From an uncultured delta proteobacterium (lineage in GTDB: Bacteria > Myxococcota > Myxococcia > Myxococcales > Anaeromyxobacteraceae), in contig CAWHDZ010000040.1 of the NCBI GenBank assembly GCA_963828255.1, positions 64,001 through 128,000 on the forward strand: 64,000 bases of DNA, written 5' to 3'. This document shows, piece by piece, positions 59,447 to 64,000 of this stretch. Made by a program: the position numbers and the translations under genes. The notes under the pieces were generated by a model, which saw nothing but the letters and a program-made list of their open reading frames with translations, searched no databases and was not told the DNA's origin. Every line of letters starts with the position of its first letter. Position 1 is the stretch's first letter.

Positions 59447-61225
59447 ATGGCCAAGAAGCTCTTCAAGGGTGGGGAGTTCCTGATCACCGAGGCGTCCGCC
59501 GCGGACGTCTTCGTCCCGGAGGCGTTCACCGAGGAGCAGCGGAGCATCGGGGTGACCGCCGAGCAGTTCGTCAAGGCCGACGTGGTCCCGGTCATGCCCG
59601 CCCTCGAGGCCCACGACATGAAGGCGGCCGCCGCGCTGATGCGCAAGGCCGGCGACGCCGGGCTCCTCATGATCGACGCCCCGACCGAGTACGGCGGGCT
59701 CGACCTCGACAAGGTCACCAGCGTGCTCGCCGCCGAGAAGATGGCGGCGGGGCAGGCCTTCTCGGTCTCCTACGGGGCCCACACCGGCATCAGCACGCTG
59801 CCGCTCGTCTACTACGGGACCCCGGAGCAGAAGGAGAGGTACCTGGGCAAGATCATCACCGGCGAGTGGAGCGCGGCCTACTGCCTGACCGAGCCGGGGG
59901 CCGGCAGCGACGCCATGGGCGGAACCACCATGGCCACGCTCTCCGAGGACGGGAAGCACTACCTCCTCGACGGCACCAAGCAGTTCATCACCAACGGCGG
60001 CTTCGCCACGCTCTTCACGATCTTCGCCAAGATCGACCGCAAGCACTTCACCGCCTTCCTGGTGGAGCGCGACACCCCGGGCCTGACGGTGGGGCCGGAG
60101 GAGAAGAAGCTGGGCATCCAGGGCTCCTCCACCACCTCGGTCATCCTCGAGGGCGCCAAGGTCCCGGTGGAGAACCTGCTCGGCGAGATCGGCAAGGGGC
60201 ACAAGATCGCCTTCAACGTGCTCAACGTGGGGCGCTTCAAGCTGGGCGCGGCGGTGCTGGGCGCCGCCAAGCACGCGCTGGGCACCGGCGCGGCCTACGC
60301 CAACCAGCGCAAGCAGTTCGGCCTGGCCATCTCCTCCTTCGGCGCCATCCAGGAGAAGCTGGCCGACGGCGTGGCCGACCTCTTCGCCTCCGAGTCGCTG
60401 GTGTACCGGCTGGCCGGTCTCATCGACGACCGGCTGGCCACCATCCCCAAGGACGCACCCAGTTACTACGAGTCCTACCAGGGGGCCATCGAGGAGTACT
60501 CGATCGAGTGCGCCATCTCGAAGGTCTTCTGCAGCGAGGTGCTGGCCGACGTGGTGGACGAGGTGGTCCAGATCCACGGCGGGTACGGGTTCGTCCGGGA
60601 GTACCCGGCCGAGAAGTACTACCGCGACGAGCGCATCAACCGGATCTTCGAGGGCACCAACGAGATCAACCGCCTGCTCATCCCCGGCACCATCCTGCGC
60701 CGGGCCATGAAGGGGGAGATCCCGCTCGAGAAGGAGGCCCGCAAGGCCTTCGAGTCGCTGCTCAGCCCCTCCCTCGACGAGGTGGACCCCTCGGTCCCCT
60801 ACGCGGCCGAGATGGCCACCCTGTCGAATCTCAAGAAGATCTTCCTGATCCTCTCCGGAGCAGCGGTGAAGCGCTTCGGGGCGGGCCTGAAGGACGAGCA
60901 GGAGGTGCTGCTGGCGGCCGCCGACGTGGCCATCCAGATCTTCGCGGCCGAGAGCACCGTGCTCCGGGCCGCGCAGATCCGCGCCGGGCTCTCCGAGGCC
61001 CGCCGCGCGCTGGTGGACGCCGCCGTCAAGGTGCACACCTTCCGCGCCTCCGAGAAGGTGGCCACCGCCGCGAAGCGGGGGGCCTTCTACGTGAGCGAGG
61101 GGGACGAGCTGGCCATGGTGCTCGGCGGCGTGCGCCGCTTCACCAAGTACGACGCCAGCGGGCTGCTCGCCGCCAAGCGGATCCTGGCCGCGGCCGTCGT
61201 CGAGGCGGAGCGCTACCCGCTGTAG
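59447..61225 (+). CDS. fadE: Acyl-CoA dehydrogenase
   Basis: YCLTEPGAGSD, KQFITN, RKQFG, QIHGGYG, RIFEGTNEI. Confidence 0.93.
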   Translation: MAKKLFKGGEFLITEASAADVFVPEAFTEEQRSIGVTAEQFVKADVVPVMPALEAHDMKAAAALMRKAGDAGLLMIDAPTEYGGLDLDKVTSVLAAEKMAAGQAFSVSYGAHTGISTLPLVYYGTPEQKERYLGKIITGEWSAAYCLTEPGAGSDAMGGTTMATLSEDGKHYLLDGTKQFITNGGFATLFTIFAKIDRKHFTAFLVERDTPGLTVGPEEKKLGIQGSSTTSVILEGAKVPVENLLGEIGKGHKIAFNVLNVGRFKLGAAVLGAAKHALGTGAAYANQRKQFGLAISSFGAIQEKLADGVADLFASESLVYRLAGLIDDRLATIPKDAPSYYESYQGAIEEYSIECAISKVFCSEVLADVVDEVVQIHGGYGFVREYPAEKYYRDERINRIFEGTNEINRLLIPGTILRRAMKGEIPLEKEARKAFESLLSPSLDEVDPSVPYAAEMATLSNLKKIFLILSGAAVKRFGAGLKDEQEVLLAAADVAIQIFAAESTVLRAAQIRAGLSEARRALVDAAVKVHTFRASEKVATAAKRGAFYVSEGDELAMVLGGVRRFTKYDASGLLAAKRILAAAVVEAERYPL

Positions 61226-61226
61226 C

Positions 61227-62021
61227 TCATCCCGACCGCGACGTACCCTGCGCCCTCTTGCGCGGCAGGAAGCCCGGCGAGGAGGGCGGAGGTGCGTTCG
61301 TGGGCACCACCGGCGAGAGCCGCTCCACCGGGGGCGGGGCGAGCAGCCGGGCCTTGAGATCCTTCGCCGCCTGGTGATCCGGGTCGAGGGCGAGGAGCTC
61401 GTCGAGCGCCCCGACCGCCCCCTCCGGATCGCCCCGGGCCAGCCGCGCCCGGGCCAGCGACATGCGGGGAGGGTGGATCCCCGGGTGGGCGGCCAGGAAG
61501 GCGGACAGGAGGGGCTCGGCCTCGGAGGGCGCACGGCCCCGGACCGCCGCGGCCATCGCCGCGAAGGCCCACCAGGGGTCGCCCGCCGACGTCTCGCCCG
61601 ACCGCGCCGCCAGCCGCGCCACCTCCTCGGGGCGCCCGTCCAGGCCATAGTACACTGAAAGTGAACGAAGGACGTCCGGGTCGTCGGGTGCCTCCAGGAC
61701 CAGCGGGCGCAGTTCCTCGAGCGCCGCCTCGCGGTCCATCCGGGACTGCCGGAGTCCGGGCGCCCCGTCGGGCGACGCGGCCGACGACTCGCGCAGGTCC
61801 GCCGCGGCCAGGAACCGGGCCAGGACGCTCCCTGCGGCGGCGCTCCGGAAGGCCGGGTCGGCGCGCAGCGCTTCCGGCAGGGCGGCCGAGGCCCGGGCCA
61901 GCCGGACCGGGTCGCCGGAGGCCGAGAGGCTGAGTACCTCGCGCGCCAGGGCGTCGGGGTCCGGGCTCCCGCTGCCGGTCGCGAGGAGAAGCAGCGCGCC
62001 GAGGACGACGGTGATGGTCAC
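61227..62021 (-). CDS. Exported TPR-repeat protein
   Basis: Hydrophobic N-terminus; LARARLARGD...LLALDPDH. Confidence 0.65.
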   Translation of the reverse strand: MTITVVLGALLLLATGSGSPDPDALAREVLSLSASGDPVRLARASAALPEALRADPAFRSAAAGSVLARFLAAADLRESSAASPDGAPGLRQSRMDREAALEELRPLVLEAPDDPDVLRSLSVYYGLDGRPEEVARLAARSGETSAGDPWWAFAAMAAAVRGRAPSEAEPLLSAFLAAHPGIHPPRMSLARARLARGDPEGAVGALDELLALDPDHQAAKDLKARLLAPPPVERLSPVVPTNAPPPSSPGFLPRKRAQGTSRSG

Positions 62022-62157
62022 CGGACATGGCTAAGGCCCGTGCACGGCCTCTGTCAACGGATCCGGCAGCTCCTGGGCAGGAGGGGCCGGTCCCGGGCGG
62101 GCAAGACCGGCGAGGGGTCAACTTGCGATTTCCGTCACCCAGGGTAGAAGAGGAACC

Positions 62158-62346
62158 ATGGCCGACCACACCGACAAGAGGAAGCAGTCGCTCTACTTTC
62201 CCGAGGAGATGCTCCGGGAGATCGAGCACGAGGCGCAGAGGCTGGACCGTTCCCTCTCCTGGGTGGTGCAGCACGCCTGGAGGCTGGCCCGCGGCCAGCT
62301 GGCCAAGATCCCCGGGGTGAACGACCCCGCGCAGCCGAACCCCTGA
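62158..62346 (+). CDS. Myxobacterial small RHH-like protein (TIGR04563 type)
   Basis: DKRKQSLYFPEEML.EI..EA.RLDRSLSWVVQ.AW. Confidence 0.88.
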   Translation: MADHTDKRKQSLYFPEEMLREIEHEAQRLDRSLSWVVQHAWRLARGQLAKIPGVNDPAQPNP

Positions 62347-62477
62347 ACGGCCGACGGCGACCGGTCCACCCTTTTCGGGTGCGTCGGCCCGGGCCCCGTT
62401 AAGACTGTCCCCGCTCGAGGCGCATTTCTCGCCTCCGCGGGGACACGTGTCCCCGCGCACCGATCCGAGGATGGTGC

Positions 62478-63083
62478 ATGGGAAGGAAGCATCTCTGGAC
62501 CACCGCAGCGCTGCTGGTGGCCGCCGGCTGCAGCCGCGACGACGTGGCGCACTACCGGGTGCCCAAGGCCGACCCCACCGCCTCCTCCGCGCAGGGAGCC
62601 GCGGGACCGATGGGAACGGGCTCCGCCGAGGGCCTGCCGCCCCCTCCCGACGCCTCGACCACCGGCACGCTCCGGTGGGTCCTGCCCAAGGGCTGGACCG
62701 AGAGCCGGTCGTCGGGCGGGATGCGCTACGCAACGCTCACGGGCACGGCCAAGGGCAAGCTCGACGTCTCGGTCACGGTCTTTCCGGGTCCAGCCGGCGG
62801 CGAGCTCGCCAACGTGAACCGCTGGAGAAACCAGATCGGCCTGCCCCCCGTCGAGGAGGCGGCCCTGTCGAAGGACCGCAAGACCTTGAAGTCCCCCGCG
62901 GGCCCGGTGGCAATGTTCGATTACACGAGCGACGGCAAGGAGAAGACCCGCCTCGTGGCCGGCATCCTCTTCGCCGGGGGAAATAGCTGGTTCGTGAAGA
63001 TGGTTGGGGACACGGGACCTGTGGCCGCGTCCCGGGCCGACTTCGTCAAGCTGCTGGAGACCCTCCGCCTTGCTGACCGTTAA
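62478..63083 (+). CDS. Lipoprotein, hypothetical
   Basis: Lipobox AAGC; LPKGW, MRYAT, GGELANVNRWRNQIGL, SWFVKM. Confidence 0.75.
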   Translation: MGRKHLWTTAALLVAAGCSRDDVAHYRVPKADPTASSAQGAAGPMGTGSAEGLPPPPDASTTGTLRWVLPKGWTESRSSGGMRYATLTGTAKGKLDVSVTVFPGPAGGELANVNRWRNQIGLPPVEEAALSKDRKTLKSPAGPVAMFDYTSDGKEKTRLVAGILFAGGNSWFVKMVGDTGPVAASRADFVKLLETLRLADR

Positions 63084-64000
63084 GAATCCAGTCCTGAAGG
63101 TCCTGACTTCCCTCCAGCTGACCATCATCTGCCTGTCGGCGCTCATGATCCTGGTCACCGCGGCGACCCTGGCCCAGGTGGGCATGGGGACCGCCGGCGC
63201 GGTCAACGCCTACATGCGCAGCTGGCTGGTCTGGTGGGAGATTCCCGACTCCCAGTGGATGATCCCGGTCTTCCCGGGCGGCGCCACGGTCGGCCTCGTC
63301 CTCATGGTGAACCTGATCGCGGCCCAGCTGGTCCGGCTCGAGGCCACCTGGAGCAAGGCCGGCCTCTGGGTCGTCCACCTCGGCCTCATCCTGTTCGTGG
63401 GCGGCGAGTTCGTCTCCGGCATGTTCCAGGTCGAGTCGCAGATGGCCATCGAGAACGGCCAGACCGTGAACTTCGTGGAGGGGCGCGATCCGGAGCTGGT
63501 CCTCATCGACGTGACCGACCCGGCCTGGGACGAGGTCTACGCCGTCCGCGCGGGCCCCCTGGCCCGCGAGGGGTCGGTGGCCGTCCCGGGCACGCCCGTC
63601 ACGCTCAAGATCCACCAGTACGCGCAGAACGCAGAGCTGCGGAACCGCACCCCGTTCGACCCGCCCGCGCGGGCCACGGCCGGGGTGGGAACCTCCGTCA
63701 CCATGACCCCCATCCCGCCGGTCTCCGCCGACAACGCGGTGGACCAGGGCGCCGCGCTCGTCGAGCCCATCGCCGGGGGGCGGAGCTACGGCACCTGGCT
63801 GGTCTCGCAGGGGCTGGGCGCCCCCCAGTCCTTCACCCACGAGGGGCGCACCTACCAGCTCGCCATGCGCCACCGGCGCCAGTACCTGCCCTACTCGGTG
63901 ACCCTGAAGAAGTTCAGCCACGACAAGTACGCCGGCACCGACATCCCCAAGAACTTCTCCAGCCTGGTCCACCTCGTGAATCCACGGACCGGCGAGAACC
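63070..64000 (+). CDS. ResB/Ccs1-like cytochrome c biogenesis protein (runs off right edge)
   Basis: Own translation from TTG 63070: LTSLQLTIICL...TLAQ...FPGG...NLIAA...GLWVVHLGLIL...LPYSVTLKKF....Y.GTDIPKNFSS. Confidence 0.75.
   Translation, partial: MLTVKNPVLKVLTSLQLTIICLSALMILVTAATLAQVGMGTAGAVNAYMRSWLVWWEIPDSQWMIPVFPGGATVGLVLMVNLIAAQLVRLEATWSKAGLWVVHLGLILFVGGEFVSGMFQVESQMAIENGQTVNFVEGRDPELVLIDVTDPAWDEVYAVRAGPLAREGSVAVPGTPVTLKIHQYAQNAELRNRTPFDPPARATAGVGTSVTMTPIPPVSADNAVDQGAALVEPIAGGRSYGTWLVSQGLGAPQSFTHEGRTYQLAMRHRRQYLPYSVTLKKFSHDKYAGTDIPKNFSSLVHLVNPRTGEN

Noticed and set aside
55616..61648. Very long overlapping ORFs (1272, 1232 and 983 aa) and similar antisense ORFs throughout
   Set aside because: Arg/Pro/Gly-rich shadows of well-supported genes; expected at this GC content

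Overview
High-GC bacterial chromosome segment, most consistent with Myxococcota (Anaeromyxobacter-like). This rests on a myxobacterial-type PilZ protein, a TIGR04563-type small protein, a Ser/Thr kinase and a paralogous Hsp70 beside guaBA. Bases 1-25 kb are core genes: rlmD, miaB, guaB-guaA, a TPR/acyl-CoA ligase/SCP2/CoA-transferase lipid cluster, and a metal-uptake operon (OM barrel + ABC transporter) preceded by a His/CxxC/QSPP leader ORF resembling DUF2946 arrest peptides. An initiator tRNA-Met (25083-25159) is an integration hotspot, with two more copies of its 3' end at 38734-38781 and 40538-40602. These delimit three segments: (1) a ~13.6 kb tyrosine-integrase element with HTH excisionase, a degenerate replication-relaxation protein, an RHH regulator, an origin-like region, a LysR/two-sulfatase/HAD/OM-barrel cargo and three toxin-antitoxin loci; (2) a ~1.8 kb integrase-less GT87 segment; (3) a decayed region with permuted, reciprocally inactivated copies of the same TA genes plus fragments of cheB, a PAS kinase and glgC. 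Bases 47-64 kb are core again: esterase, acyltransferase, ABC-F, hybrid kinase, fadN-fadA-fadE and a ResB-like gene. Several single-base frameshifts sit in short homopolymers and may be assembly errors. All family assignments are by motif recognition only; no searches were run.
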